A stretch of 64,000 nucleotides of DNA from Emiliania huxleyi CCMP1516 (GCF_000372725.1 NW_005201286.1:62001-126000); one strand, 5' to 3'. Shown: positions 1-13,460, counted from the stretch's first letter. Program-made: numbers and translations. The notes: generated by a model from the sequence alone, not told the origin.

Positions 1-454
1 AGCTGCTGATCAACAAGGTGCGCCGCGCCACCGGACGACCGCGGGTCTCTTGGGATTGACCAATCACCGCCTGCAAAGGACGCGATGGCAACCCGCCGCA
101 ACGTACGTGATTTTTCGTCTTCCGGGCGGCGATGAGCGGGGTTGAACACTAAGGAGGCTTCGTCCTTTATGGTCCGACGGTGGTGTGATGCCGTTGTACA
201 CCACTAGCACGGGGCCAGCGGTGTCCCCATTGAAACTCTGCGCAGACACCCCGTCTGCGTTGAAGTGCAGGCGCGTGCATGGGGCGACCGCTCGGCCCAA
301 CCGCTCCTTCCATTAGAGGGCGCCGCGCCGATGTTGCCAGATCTCTTACACCGCATGTAGAAGAAGAGGTCGATCTCCTCAGCCAGCCTCGGGGTCCTCG
401 CCGGCATCAAGCGCCGCGTCCTGCTTGCGGAGTGAGAGCTGCTTGAAGGGCATA

Positions 455-600
455 ATTAGAATTTACAACAAAACTCCCTCGCACGACACTGGGGACTGGG
501 CACGGGACTGGCGCGCACTGGCACTAACACAGGTACACCACGGGAGCCGCCTAAGCGACTCCTGCGAGGGCGGCGAGGCACTTAGCACGTATTTAGAATA
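455..600 (-). repeat. Dispersed repeat family U (core TGGTGTACCTGTGTTAGTGCCAGTGCGCGCCAGTCCCGTGCCCAG...GAGGGAGTTTTGTTGTAAATTC)
   Basis: Related copies at about 1608-1672(+), 11375-11485(+), 18128-18165(+), 32915-33072(-), 37140-37250(-), 42489-42535(+), 47283-47385(-) and 56234-56318(+). The longer copies include a GGAGCCGC-N4-GCGACTCC hairpin. Confidence 0.85.
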
Positions 601-696
601 ACACGTGGGGTGCGGCGAGGTGCATGCACACTGCGAGCACATGGCGAGGAGAAGATCCAGCCCTCCGGGTCGGGTCGGGTGGGAGAGGCAGAGGGG

Positions 697-1310
697 CTTA
701 GGGGGGCCCTAGGGAGGGCCGGATTTTTTTAACCTTTTAAGAAATGAGGAGATTGGGGGCTTAAATTGCCATTTAAGAAAATGCAGGCACGGGGGGTCAC
801 TATTTTAAGACCGTGGTTAAGAAAATCCTTAGGGGACCCCTAGGCTTAAAAGGGTGGGCCCTGGGGCGCCTGCGGCTTAAACGGCTTAAAACTTGCCTAG
901 GCAAGTTTTAAGAGCTGCTGGGCCGCCGATTCCTTAAACGGTCTTAAACGGTCAAACGACTCGGCAGCCTCCCCGCGCCCTTAAACGCGATCACACCATG
1001 AATGGTCTATACTCAAAACTTGCCGACGGGCGGCAAAAGCTCTTCGCTCGGCCCCGAGAGCGCTTCGCTCTCTGCCGCCCGCCCGCCCGCTCGCTCGCCC
1101 GCCCGCCCGCCAGCCTCCCCGCGCTTAAACGCTCTAAATGGCTCAAATGGCTCAGGTTGGGCGCGGTGTGCGATTCTCTTAAATGGTCTCTTAAATGGGA
1201 GCGGCAGCATGGGCCCAATCTCTTAAACGCACCGAGGCGGCTCTGGAGCCGCCAATCTCTTAAAAGGTCTTAAAAAAATCCGGCCCTCAGAACCCTAGGG
1301 GTCCCCTAAG
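697..1310. mobile_element. TTAA-rich MITE/foldback-like element
   Basis: Inverted ends CTTAGGGG..CCCTAGGG..GAGGGCCGGATTTTTTTAA / TTAAAAAAATCCGGCCCTC..CCCTAGGGGTCCCCTAAG. Internal perfect palindrome CTTAAAACTTGCCTAGGCAAGTTTTAAG. Partial inverted copy at 28441-28556. No TSD found. Confidence 0.65.
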
Positions 1311-1563
1311 AGAAAATCGGCCTCGCATCTGGCTCCAACGTGGACACGCCCATAGCTGGGGACACTACTAGGTCACGCATGGCATCACAGAAGTTTTATC
1401 TCTGGGCCCCGAAAGGCATCTCTAGCAGTGTCGTTACACATGCCCCCTCCCCTCCTGGGCGCATGCGCCTCACGTCTCGCCAGAGCATAAGCCCTTGGCG
1501 TGTGGCGAGACGAGTTTTTCGCCATCGCAGCGAGCAGCAAGCCGCCCGCCGCAAACAGCCGGA

Positions 1564-1613
<50 letters not shown>

Positions 1614-1694
1614 CATTTGTAGTCCCAGTCCGAGCCAGTCTGCTGTGAGAGGGGCTTGTATAGTAAAATTCCTTTCCCGCTCTCTTTCGGCCCC

Positions 1695-3997
1695 ATGCAC
1701 CCCAAGCACGCTCCCACCAGCACGCTGCTTCTCCCCACCCGCGACGGCCTGCACGAGCTGCACGTGGCCGAGTACGGCGCGCCGGGCGGCACGCCCATCG
1801 TCTACCTCCACGGCGGCCCGGGTGGCGGCACTCCTCCCGACGTGCCGCGGCTGTTCGACCCGGCCGTCTTCCGGCTCGTCACCTTTGACCAGCGCGGGTG
1901 CGGCCGCTCGCGGTGCGCCGACCGGCTGCTCGCCAACACCACGGCCCTGCTCATCGACGACGTCGAGGCCGTCCGCTGCCGCCTCGGGATCGAGCGCTGG
2001 GCCGTGTTTGGCAGCTCGTACGGCTCGCTGCTGGTGGCGCTGTACGCGGCGCGGCACAGCGCGCGCGTCACGTTCGCTATCGCGCACGGCGTCTTCCTCG
2101 GCACGCGCGCCGAGGTTGGCTGGCTCTACGAGGCCCCCGGCGCCTCGCGCTTCTACCCGGACCAGTGAGACGACCTGCTCCGCGCAAGAGTGCACGAGAT
2201 TGCACGAGATTACACGAGATTACACGAGATTAGGTGGGAGGACCTGCTCCGCGCGAGCGGCGGCGCGGGCGCGGGCGCGGCGGCGGCGGCGGCGGCGGGG
2301 GCGGCGGCGGCGGACGGGCTCGCCGCGCCGGTGCTCGTCTCGCGCTGCCACGCGCTGCTCACCGACCCCGCCGTCAGCCGCGAGCACCCGCCGCCGCCAG
2401 GCAGTGTGCCGCCTGAGGGTGCGCTCGCTGCGGCCGCCGCGCTGACGCGGTGCGAGGGCGAGATGGAGCGAGATGGAAGCGGCGGGACTTGCGTTGTTGT
2501 CGGTGGAGACGAGAGGCGATGGCGCACAGGAGGGAGGGCGAGGTGGAGCTGCGGGAGTTTGCATGGCGGTGGAGACGAGAGGCTGTGGCGCAGGCGGGAG
2601 GGCGAGGTGGAGCTGCGGGCCTCTCGCGATCGACACTCGCGGTGGAATGCAACATGGTCACAACAGAACAAGCACACACACGACAACAACGGGTCGGAGG
2701 GAGAGACGAGGCGCCGCGCCTCTTCTCACCCAGATGACCGTGAGAAGAGGCGGCCCAGATGACATCACCTCTTCTCACCCAGATGACCGTGGGGTGGCCT
2801 CTCACGTGATGTGATAAGGAGACCCGTGCCACCGATGCGCAACGATTGCGAGCATGGTAGGTGGGAGGACGAGATGGAGACGCTTGCGCCGTCGCCGGCA
2901 TCGCACGACGCCGCGGAGCGAGGGGCGATCTCGGCGGATCTCGTCTCATCTCGGCGCCTCTCGGCGCCTCTAGGCGTCGCACGACGCGGCGGAGCTCGTC
3001 GCCGGCGCGCAGATCGCGCTCCACTTCTTTCAGCACGGCTGCCACCTGTCCGGCCTCGCCCAGGGCCGCCGCGGCGAGGGCGGAGGCGGCGGCGATGGCG
3101 GTGGTGACAGCGGCGAGGGCGGAGGCGGCGGCGATGGCGGTGGTGACAGCGGCGATGGCGGCGGCGGCGGCGGCGGCGGTGGCGGCGGTGATGAGGCGGC
3201 GGGAGCGTCGGGGCGCGAGTACGTGTGTGACGGGATCTTGGGCGAGGTAGGGAGGGCGTCTGGGGCGCTGCGAGGGGTGGCTTGCGCCTTGCTGCACGGC
3301 CAGACGGAGGGGTGTGAACGGCGTCTCTTCACGGCGGGCAGGCTGTGAACAGGTGCTGTGCGCACACATTCCCACACCGCTCGCCCACGCGCACTGGGCC
3401 TCGCACTTTGAATGCCGTGGGGCGCCTGTCTTTTAGACGTGGAGTCGCGAGGGACTAGCCCGGCCCTTGCCCCACCACCTTCTGTGTGCGGAGAAGTGTC
3501 CCTGACCTGACCTGACCTCACCTGACCTAGGTGCCATGCTCCATCCTGCACGGGAGACACGACGTGGTCTGCCCGCCGCAGGCGGCCAGCAGTGACTGAG
3601 ACGGACACCTCTCACTCGTAGAGATGGGTGAAGCGGAGCGCTCTCCCCGCCCTCGCGTCGAGCCCATGCGTCGAGCCCATGCGGTCTGCAGAGTAGCGGC
3701 GAGCGGCATTGTCAATGACGGTGATGATCGTGATGGCGATGAGAATGACGACGCATGGTGATAGGAAGAATGAGTGCGGCATAATCAAACACGTGATAGC
3801 AGGCGGCGAGCCGGCTGCGCGCCGCCTGGCCGGGCTCGACGCTGAGGATTGTCGAGGGGGGCGCGCACGCGCTGTTCGAGAAGCCGATGCGGAGCGCGGC
3901 GATGGCGGCGCTGGCGGAGCACCAGGCCGCCTTGGGTGTGCACAGCAGCGGCTGCGGGCAGTCCAAGCGCCGGCGGATGGATCGGAGAGCGGGATGA
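1695..3997 (+). CDS. pip: Proline iminopeptidase (peptidase S33, alpha/beta hydrolase), multi-exon
   Basis: Motifs LHGGPGGG, FDQRGCGRS, FGSSYGS (nucleophile), LHGRHDVVCP (Asp) and GAHALFE (His). Introns at 2165-2233, 2450-2860, 2898-2973, one ending at 3530 (donor uncertain) and 3582-3802. Stop at 3995-3997. Confidence 0.88.
3372..3530 (+). mobile_element. Intronic repeat family A with (CCTGA)n tail ending at the splice acceptor
   Basis: Homologous to 35133-35315(-) and 59073-59225(-); degenerate copy at 28590-28690. Shared core GCACTTTGAATGCCGTG...CGTGGAG...CCACCACCT...(CCTGA)n..AG. Confidence 0.85.
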
Positions 3998-4613
3998 CGC
4001 CCGGCCCTCAAAGCGCACTCAGGAGCGCACACGTACGTGGAGGATAGCAAGCGGATTTCCGAGACCGCGTAGAGCGTACAGGACCAGGAGGCAGAAGTGA
4101 GAAGATGCAAAGGTAGATAGCAAGGAAGGCGAAGAACAGCCAGGCTCGGATTGGACACCAACGCGATAAGGCCATGTTCCATACCCCGCCTTTCCCTCCA
4201 GAACCCGCCGAGCTCGTCGTGTCGCCTCACTGGGTACCTCCCCTGTCCTCTCGAGCACACACACACACACACTCACACTCCTCTCGAGGACTCGACTCTG
4301 GTTCCCTCTATGTTGCTCTTAGCTCTTTTACTTTTTTTGAGAGCGCATTCGTTGTTAATAATACAAACCCTGGGCCGAGCGTTTTTGATCTCTCGGTAAG
4401 TGGGCGCCCGCCCGCCGCCTCTGAGGGGGTCGGGCCCCCTAGACTGAAAACAAAAACAAGCTCGAAAACAGCCAAAATCAGCCTGCGAGAGAGGCACGCA
4501 AGAATTTAAGACGAGGTGCGAGTCAGAGTGGGACTCCACACAAGTACAAGTACCAATCAACATGACTGTATCAAACATCTCCGTCCAAGGGAGATGTGCG
4601 AGTCTGTACCGTC

Positions 4614-7600
4614 CTAGACTAGTTCCGCCGCCGCGGCAGAGCTCGAACTGCGCGCGTCGCTGGGCGGGTTCGTCTTCACCGCCTCGAACGCCGTAGACCG
4701 CCGCGTGGCGCGCCTCCGACTCAAGGCGAATAAGGCGACGCCAAGGAGCGAGGCGGGTACAATAACCGTACCAAGAGGGGTCAGAGACAGCCACGGCGAC
4801 GCTTTCGAGATCGCCGCGTCCTCAGCAGTGACGCGGCTGGGCGGCGACGTACAGAGCGTTCGCCCTCGCCCGTCAGGCTTGCCGCAACCGACTCCGGATC
4901 CGCCACCGCTTCGATTGCTAGGCGATCCAGCCTCCTCTCCGAGCAAGGTGAAGAGTTCTGACTTGGGCGCGCCGACCATACCGTCGCACCGGACGAATAT
5001 GCCGAAGTAGCTAGTGCAGCCGGGTGGCACCGGCGGCGCAAGCGCCGGCGCCACCGGCGCCGTGCTTAGCCGCGCAGCGTCGGCTGCAGCCTTGCCCGCG
5101 AGCCTCGCAGCGTCCGGAGGATTGCCCTCGTCTACAGCCGCCTGCGTTGCTTTCGCCGCAGCCTCAGCGATTGCCGCGGCCTGCACGGGCGAGTCGCCGA
5201 GCGCCAGGGATTCGACAGCAGCCACGCTCGCCGCGATAGAGGCGTCACGACCCATGCCGGCCTCGGCGAAGGCCGAGGCTGCAGTTGAGGCCGCTGCCAT
5301 GGCCACCCAGTGAGCGTCCCCAGTGTCGCTCTCGAATGTCGCCTGTGCCTCCTCGCTCGCTTCGGCGCCGGCAGTTGCCGCGGCCGTCGGCGACTTGCCC
5401 GCGATGACAGCATCACCAGCTGCCTCACCCGCAGCTTCTATGGCCTCCACCGAGAGATCTGCATTGTCCGCCTTCTGAGCGGCCGTTCCCGCTGCCGCGG
5501 CAGCCGCCTCGGCCTCCTGCGTGGACTTCCCGCGCGATAAGGCCTTGTCTGCCACTTTCGCCGCCACTGCGGCCGCCTCTGGCGACCGCGCGTGCGTCAA
5601 CCTCGCGGCCCACCTTGCGGCCTCTGGTGAGGACCCCTCATCGAGAACCGCCTGAGCCGCCTCGGCAGCAATCGCACCCTCTCTTGCTGCTGTCAACGGA
5701 TTCTTCTTTGTGCAGATTGCGGTGCCAGCCGCCTCGGCCGCGGCGTCGGCTGACACAGCAGTGGCTCCAACTTCGGTCGCATGCTGGTGAGCCAAAGCAG
5801 CATAAGCTCCTGCAGCTGCCGCATCCCCAATGCAACACGCAGCGGCCGCGACGGCGGCAGCATTGGCTGCTTCAAAAGAGAAGCCGCTGTTGAGAGCAGC
5901 AACCTTTGCCTTCTTCTCGGCTTCAGAACAGCCTCCGGCCGCCTTGTCCGTGCCGGGCACCGCATCGATAATGACATCGGTAGAGGCCAGAGCGGTCTGT
6001 GAGGCCTCTGCAGCAGCAGCGCCATCCGCAGCAGCGGCCAGTTTCGACCTGCCGGTGAGAATTGCCTGGGCTGCAGCCTCGCCAGCTGCCTGCACAGCGG
6101 ATACCGAAGCCCCGGCAGCGGTGGCACACATCAGGTCGTCGTCGAGCGCCTTCTCCACGGCGTCTGCGGCAGCCTCCGCCGCCTCGGCCGCCTCCTCGGG
6201 CGTCAGGCCCTTCTCCAGCGCGTCGGCGGCGGCCTCCGCAGCCGCATCGGCCGCCTCAGGCGACAGGTCATCGTCGAGCGCCTTCTCCACGGCGTCGGCG
6301 GCAGCCTCCGCCGCCTCGGCCGCCTCCTCGGGCGTCAGGCCCTTCTCCAGCGCGTCAGCGGCGGCCTCCGCAGCCGCATCGGCCGCCTCAGGCGACAGGT
6401 CGTCGTCGAGCGCCTTCGCCACGGCGTCGGCGGCAGCCTCCGCCGCCTCCGCCGCCTCCTCGGGCGTCAGGCCCTTCTCCAGCGCGTCGGCGGCGGCCTC
6501 CGCAGCCGCGTCTGCCGCCTCAGGCGACAGGTCGTCGTCGAGCGCCTTCTCCACGGCGTCTGCGGCAGCCTCCGCCGCCTCGGCCGCCTCCTCGGGCGTC
6601 AGGCCCTTCTCCAGCGCGTCAGCGGCGGCCTCCGCAGCCGCATCGGCCGCCTCAGGCGACAGGTCATCGTCGAGCGCCTTCTCCACGGCGTCGGCGGCAG
6701 CCTCCGCCGCCTCGGCCGCCTCCTCGGGCGTCAGGCCCTTCTCCAGCGCGTCAGCGGCGGCCTCCGCAGCCGCATCGGCCGCCTCAGGCGACAGGTCGTC
6801 GTCGAGCGCCTTCGCCACGGCGTCTGCGGCAGCCTCCGCCGCCTCGGCCGCCTCCTCGGGCGTCAGGCCCTTCTCCAGCGCGTCGGTGGCAGCCTCTGCA
6901 GCCGCATCGGCCGCCTCAGGCGACAGGTCATCGTCGAGCGCCTTCTCCACGGCGTCTGCGGCAGCCTCCGCCGCCTCGGCCGCCTCCTCGGGCGTCAGGC
7001 CCTTCTCCAGCGCGTCGGCGGCAGCCTCTGCAGCCGCATCGGCCGCCTCAGGCGACAGGTCATCGTCGAGCGCCTTCTCCACGGCGTCGGCGGCAGCCTC
7101 CGCCGCCTCGGCCGCCTCCTCGGGCGTCAGGCCCTTCTCCAGCGCGTCGGCGGCAGCCTCCGCAGCCGCATCGGCCGCCTCAGGCGACAGGTCGTCGTCG
7201 AGCGCCTTCTCCACGGCGTCGGCGGCAGCCTCCGCCGCCTCGGCCGCCTCCTCGGGCGTCAGGCCCTTCTCCAGCGCGTCGGTGGCAGCCTCTGCAGCCG
7301 CATCGGCCGCCTCAGGCGACAGGTCATCGTCGAGCGCCTTCTCCACGGCGTCTGCGGCAGCCTCCGCCGCCTCGGCCGCCTCCTCGGGCGTCATGCCCTT
7401 GGCAATCGCATCGGCAGCAGCCTCCGTAGCAGCGTCTGCGACCTCTTCAGCCACGCCCTCCTTGCACACGGTAAAGCTGTCCTCTCCGAGGGGCACGGTC
7501 AGCTCCTCCTTCCATGTTGGGTTAGCCGCCTGGCACTCTGCCGTGTCGCAGGACGCCTTAGCCGAGTAGGTCGCGGTGTAGGCGTTCCCGTCGGAGACCG

Positions 7601-10600
7601 CCGACCAGCTCGAGTACCGGAAGTCGTAAGGCTCCACGTAGCCGTTGTCCTCCAGGAGCTTGCTGAGCTTGGCCTCGCCGTCAGCCAGGTGAGACTCGTC
7701 CTTGATCCACGCATTCATGGTCTCCTTCATCTTCGCAATGGTCACGCACTCCGGAAGCGCCTTCTCCGCGGCGTCGGCGGCAGCCTCAGCTAGGGCGGCG
7801 GCTTCTTCGGGCGTCATGCCCTTGGCAATCGCATCAGCAGCGGCCTCTCCCGCCGCGTCTGCCGCCTCAGGCGACAGGTCGTCGTCGAGCGCCTTCTCCA
7901 CGGCGTCGGCGGCAGCCTCCGCCGCCTCGGCCGCCTCCTCGGGCGTCAGGCCCTTCTCCAGCGCGTCGGTGGCAGCCTCTGCAGCCGCATCGGCCGCCTC
8001 AGGCGACAGGTCATCGTCGAGCGCCTTCTCCACGGCGTCTGCGGCAGCCTCCGCCGCCTCGGCCGCCTCCTCGGGCGTCAGGCCCTTCTCCAGCGCGTCG
8101 GCGGCGGCCTCCGCAGCCGCATCGGCCGCCTCAGGCGACAGGTCGTCGTCGAGCGCCTTCTCCACGGCGTCTGCGGCAGCCTCCGCCGCCTCGGCCGCCT
8201 CCTCGGGCGTCAGGCCCTTCTCCAGCGCGTCGGTGGCAGCCTCCGCAGCCGCATCGGCCGCCTCAGGCGACAGGTCGTCGTCGAGCGCCTTCTCCACGGC
8301 GTCTGCGGCAGCCTCCGCCGCCTCGGCCGCCTCCTCGGGCGTCAGGCCCTTCTCCAGCGCGTCGGCGGCAGCCTCCGCAGCCGCATCGGCCGCCTCAGGC
8401 GACAGGTCATCGTCGAGCGCCTTCTCCACGGCGTCTGCGGCAGCCTCCGCCGCCTCGGCCGCCTCCTCGGGCGTCAGGCCCTTCTCCAGCGCGTCGGCGG
8501 CAGCCTCCGCAGCCGCATCGGCCGCCTCAGGCGACAGGTCATCGTCGAGCGCCTTCTCCACGGCGTCTGCGGCAGCCTCCGCCGCCTCGGCCGCCTCCTC
8601 GGGCGTCAGGCCCTTCTCCAGCGCGTCGGCGGCGGCCTCCGCAGCCGCGTCTGCCGCCTCAGGCGACAGGTCATCGTCGAGCGCCTTCTCCACGGCGTCT
8701 GCGGCAGCCTCCGCCGCCTCGGCCGCCTCCTCGGGCGTCAGGCCCTTTTCCAGCGCGTCGGCGGCAGCCTCCGCAGCCGCATCGGCCGCCTCAGGCGACA
8801 GGTCGTCGTCGAGCGCCTTCTCCACGGCGTCTGCGGCAGCCTCCGCCGCCTCGGCCGCCTCCTCGGGCGTCAGGCCCTTCTCCAGCGCGTCGGTGGCAGC
8901 CTCTGCAGCCGCATCGGCCGCCTCAGGCGACAAGTCGTCGTCGAGCGCCTTCTCCACGGCGTCTGCGGCAGCCTCCGCCGCCTCGGCCGCCTCCTCGGGC
9001 GTCAGGCCCTTCTCCAGCGCGTCGGTGGCAGCCTCCGCAGCCGCATCGGCCGCCTCAGGCGACAAGTCGTCGTCGAGCGCCTTCTCCACGGCGTCGGCGG
9101 CAGCCTCCGCCGCCTCGGCCGCCTCCTCGGGCGTCAGGCCCTTCTCCAGCGCGTCGGTGGCAGCCTCTGCAGCCGCATCGGCCGCCTCAGGCGACAGGTC
9201 ATCGTCGAGCGCCTTCTCCACGGCGTCGGCGGCAGCCTCCGCCGCCTCGGCCGCCTCCTCGGGCGTCATGCCCTTGGCAATCGCATCGGCAGCAGCCTCC
9301 GTAGCAGCGTCTGCGACCTCTTCAGCCACGCCCTCCTTGCACACGGTAAAGCTGTCCTCTCCGAGGGGCACGGTCAGCTCCTCCTTCCATGTTGGGTTAG
9401 CCGCCTGGCACTCTGCCGTGTCGCAGGACGCCTTAGCCGAGTAGGTCGCGGTGTAGGCGTTCCCGTCGGAGACCGCCGACCAGCTCGAGTACCGGAAGTC
9501 GTAAGGCTCCACGTAGCCGTTGTCCTCCAGGAGCTTGCTGAGCTTGGCCTCGCCGTCAGCCAGGTGAGACTCGTCCTTGATCCACGCATTCATGGTCTCC
9601 TTCATCTTCGCAATGGTCACGCACTCCGGAAGCGCCTTCTCCGCGGCGTCGGCGGCAGCCTCGGCTAGGGCGGCGGCTTCTTCGGGCGTCAGGCCCTTGG
9701 CAATCGCATCAGCAGCGGCCTCTCCCGCCGCGTCTGCCGCCTCAGGCGACAGGTCGTCGTCGAGCGCCTTCTCCACGGCGTCGGCGGCAGCCTCCGCCGC
9801 CTCGGCCGCCTCCTCGGGCGTCAGGCCCTTCTCCAGCGCGTCGGTGGCAGCCTCTGCAGCCGCATCGGCCGCCTCAGGCGACAGGTCGTCGTCGAGCGCC
9901 TTCTCCACGGCGTCTGCGGCAGCCTCCGCCGCCTCGGCCGCCTCCTCGGGCGTCAGGCCCTTCTCCAGCGCGTCGGCGGCAGCCTCCGCAGCCGCTCGGG
10001 CGAGTAGCCCTCGATGATGGCGTCGCCTGCTGCCTCGCCCGCCGCGGCGACCGCTTCAGGCGAGAGGCCCTCGTCAAGCGCCTTCTGAGCCGCCTTGCCT
10101 GCAGCCTCGGCCGCGGCTGCTGCCTCCTCTCGCGTCTTGCCGGCGATGATGGCGTCGCCCGCCGCCTCACCTGCCGCAGCCGCAGCCTCGGGCGAAAGGC
10201 CGTCGTCGAGCGCCTTCTGGGCCGCCATGCCGGCAGCATCTCCTGCTGCAGCCGCCACCTCGGGCGACAAGCCCTCGCCAATGGCATCGCCTGCGGCCTT
10301 GCCCGCTGCAGCAGCAGCGTTGGGCGAGAGGCCCGCGTCGAGGGCAGCCTGGGCCGCCTTGCCGGCAGCCTCTCCAGCAGCAGCCGCCGTCTCCGGGTCC
10401 TCGCCGGCGATGATGGCGTCGCCTGCGGCCTGGCCCGCCGCAGCAGCGGCCTCGGGCGAGAGGCCCGCGTCGAGAGCTGCCTGAGCCGCCTCACCCGCTG
10501 CCTTGGCGGCGGCTGCCGCCTCCTCCGGGCTCTTGCCCTCTGCGATGGCCTTTGCAGCCGCCGCCGCCGCGGCCTCGGCAGCCTCGGGCGAGAGGCCGGC

Positions 10601-11292
10601 GTCGAGGGCAGCCTGTGCCGCAGCTGCGGCGGCCTTTGCCTCCTTGGCCGCCTCGTCAGCGGTCTTTCCGTCCTCCATGGCGACCGCACGAGCATCCGCC
10701 GCTGCCTTGGCAGCCTCCGAAGACATGCCAGCATCGACTTCGGCCTGCTCCTCGTCCGCGGCAGTGGCCGCGGCGGCCGCCGCGTCCTCGGCACTCGCCC
10801 CGTTGCTCAGCGCTTCCGCCGCGACCTCGGCGGCCTCCTTTGCCGCCTCGACAGAGTGCCCCTCGTTGAGGGCTGCCTGCGCAGCCTCACCGGCACCCTT
10901 CGCGATTTCTGCGGCCTCCTCAGGGGACTTGCCGTCGATGATGGCCTGACCAGCCGCCTCTGCCGCAAGCTCAGCCGCCTCAGGCGCAAGGCCTTCGTCG
11001 ATGGCGTCGTCGTACGCCTTTGCTGCGGCGGCGCCGGCGGCGGCGGCTTCCTCAGCCGTTTTGCCGGCGAGGATAGCTTTGGCCGCCGCATCTCCGGCCT
11101 GATCAGCCGCTTCAGGCGAGAGGCCATCATTAAGCGCCGCCTGCGCGGCCTTACCTGCGGCATCGCCAGCGGCTGCCGCCTCCTCGGGCGTCTTGCCGTC
11201 GATGATGGCATCTCCAGCAGCATCGCCCGCTTCCGCTGCAGCCCCAGCCGAGAGGCCGTCGTCGAGCGCCTTCTGCGTAGCCTTGCCTGCGG
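4614..11292 (-). CDS. Giant acidic Ala/Glu/Asp-rich repeat protein with C-terminal transmembrane anchor
   Basis: 1764-aa ORF 4614-9908 plus similar in-family repeats upstream to about 11290, with a frame change near 9995. 44-aa (132-bp) unit EKALDDDLSPEAADAAAEAATDALEKGLTPEEAAEAAEAAADAV. Two copies of a 4-Cys domain offset by 1875 bp. TM segment PLGTVIVPASLLGVALFAL followed by RRRATRR. No 5' exon found. Confidence 0.8.
6130..9995. repeat. 132-bp coding minisatellite array with two 1875-bp higher-order repeats
   Basis: Near-identical tandem units are directly visible; unique insert duplicated at about 7440-7760 and 9315-9635. Confidence 0.95.
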
Positions 11293-11516
11293 CCTGGCGT
11301 GGCAGACGGTGAACGAGCTAGCGTGCGGGGAGAGCGGCATTGTGCATGGTGCGGAGTGCATTGCCGTTCTTAACGGAGTCGCTTAGGCGGCTCCGGTGGT
11401 GAGCCTGTGTGTGTGCCAGTCCGCGCCAGTCTGCGCCCTTGTCGTGCCAGTGTGCTGTGAGAGAGGCTTGTATCCTAAGAATTCTTTCGCGTGTGAGGGA
11501 GTACTATCGGGTCGCC

Positions 11517-13215
11517 ATGCGCGCGCCCCAGAGCACGCCTCGCGCCACCGCTGTAAGCCGCCCGACGACCGGGCTACACGCCGGCGCAACTTCTCCATCC
11601 GAGGGCGTCGAGCTGGGGACAGGGTGTGGGGTCGGTCGATCGGAGAGCGCGCCGGGCCCTCGCCGCGATTCAGAGCCGCGAGGCTACACAAGGCTCCTCG
11701 CGGATAAGCGCGAGGGCGTCTGGCTGACGGAGCGCAACCCAGGCCGGCAGGCTCCAGCAGGTGGGCGCGCTAATGCATTCGCGGACCGCAAGGGCCCAGG
11801 AGCAGCGTCGCATGCGCTGCGGCGTGCTGTCTCTGCGGGGGATGCTGATGCTGCCGCCGTCGCGAGGCTGCCGCCGTCGGCGTTCCGCCGCCGGAGGGCG
11901 CACGAGCTGCTGCTTCGCGGCGAGCCGGTTGCTCTCGCGCTGGCGGTGGGCGCCCTCTCCCTCGCATTCTTCGGCGGGCTCTCGTACCTCCTCTTCTCGC
12001 GCTTCCCGCAGTACTTTGTCTACGTCCAGATCGCAGCCTTCATCCTTGGAGGCTCTGGCCTGCCCTGGCTCTTCCACGGACTGCACGGGCCAACTGGCGG
12101 CGCGCTCCCTCTCCTCTCCTCCCCTCTCCTCTCCTCTCCTCTCCTCTCCTCGCCTCGCCACTCCTCTCCTCTCCTCTCCTCTCCTCTCCTCTCCTCACAC
12201 CCTGTGCGAACTGCTCTCCCGCTCGCGCGAGTAGGCGCCGTCGACTTTTGGGCGTCGGGGCTGCTGCTGCTGCTGGCGGGGGCGGCCGCCGCAGGGTGCC
12301 CGCGCCTTTGCGCGCGGGCGCTGCGGCTGCGCGGCGCTTCCTCCGCCGGCGACGATGGTTCGGGTGGAAGGAGTGGGCGGGAGCTCTCTGGCAGCCTTCT
12401 CGGGGCCTGTTTGTAGGGGAGGCGCACCAGCGCGACGCTACGATGCTGCTGTGCGGGATGCAGGAAGAGAACGCCGGGAGAGGACACTCCCTCCAGAGGG
12501 GCGGAGTCGCCGACAGGGGTTTGCAGGGGGAGGGGGGGGGGGAGCCCGGCCCGGGGGGGAGGGGGGGGGGGGTCACTTCTCCTCTTGCTGCCGCGCCCCG
12601 CCGCCCCTTCTGACGCCAGCCGCGCCTCCCGCGCCAGGCCGTTGCGCTCGGTCTGGGCTTGCTATGGGAGGGCGCGACGCTTCCGCCGCCTCACGCGCCG
12701 TGAGCGACCAAGAGATGCCGCAACCGCTTTCTACGCCTTGCCGCCAGCTGGAGATAGCCGAGGTCGGGGCGAGGATGGAGGGCACGGGCCACTCTCGCCC
12801 GCCCTCGCACCGCCGCTTGAGCTCTGCTGCCCTCGGCCAGGTTCGAGCCGCCCCACTTCGCAACCGAGCCGCAACTCGCGCGCGTGATGCTCGCCGCCGG
12901 CTGGACGGTCGCGCTGGTCGTGCTCCGCTTCCTCGCCGCACGCGCGCCGCTGCTCGGCATCGAGGTGAGGCCAGAGACCCGCCCGACCCCCCGCCCACCA
13001 CGCCGCTTCGACCCGCCTTCGACCGGCCGCCGCCTCGGCCGCTACCACCCCTCGGCCTCAGCCGCTGGTATCACCCGCCCAGCCGCCCTGCCGCCCACTG
13101 CGCCCACGCCTCTGCCGCCCTCGGACAGGCTCAACTGCCGCTCGGCCTGCTCAGCGTGCTATGCGCCCTGCTAGCGCTGATGCCCCTCTCCCTGCTCGTT
13201 GGTGAGCTGCTCTAG
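11517..13215 (+). CDS. Hypothetical multi-exon membrane protein
   Basis: Hydrophobic coding segments (ALALAVGALSLAFFGGLSYLLF; YVQIAAFILGGSGLPWLF; LPLGLLSVLCALLALMPLSLL) separated by GC-donor introns, one with a (CTCCT)n filler. Exon structure approximate. Confidence 0.55.
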
Positions 13216-13460
13216 CGTCGAGGGCTCTGCACGTGGACGTGCAGGCATGCTGCCATTGCTGGCCCCGAGTGTCAGTGAGAGAGTGATCGTTGATCGAGCA
13301 TCGACACTCTTGTGTATATCGCGTTCTTGTCACTATCTTGAGACCTGTGGATACTCGACGAGGGAAAAATCGTAACGAATACAACACGTCGGCCTAGATG
13401 GTCGCCTCTTTCTCGCAGCAGAGCCGGTGCCGGTGCCGATGCGGCGCGATGGCGGTGCGC

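Noticed and set aside
1..450. Possible gene end at 1-59 and minus-strand ORFs
   Set aside because: Too short or unrecognisable to support a call.
5830..10017. Long plus-strand Ser/Ala ORFs and similar shadow ORFs at 53610-56089
   Set aside because: Antisense shadows of GC-rich repeat coding sequence.
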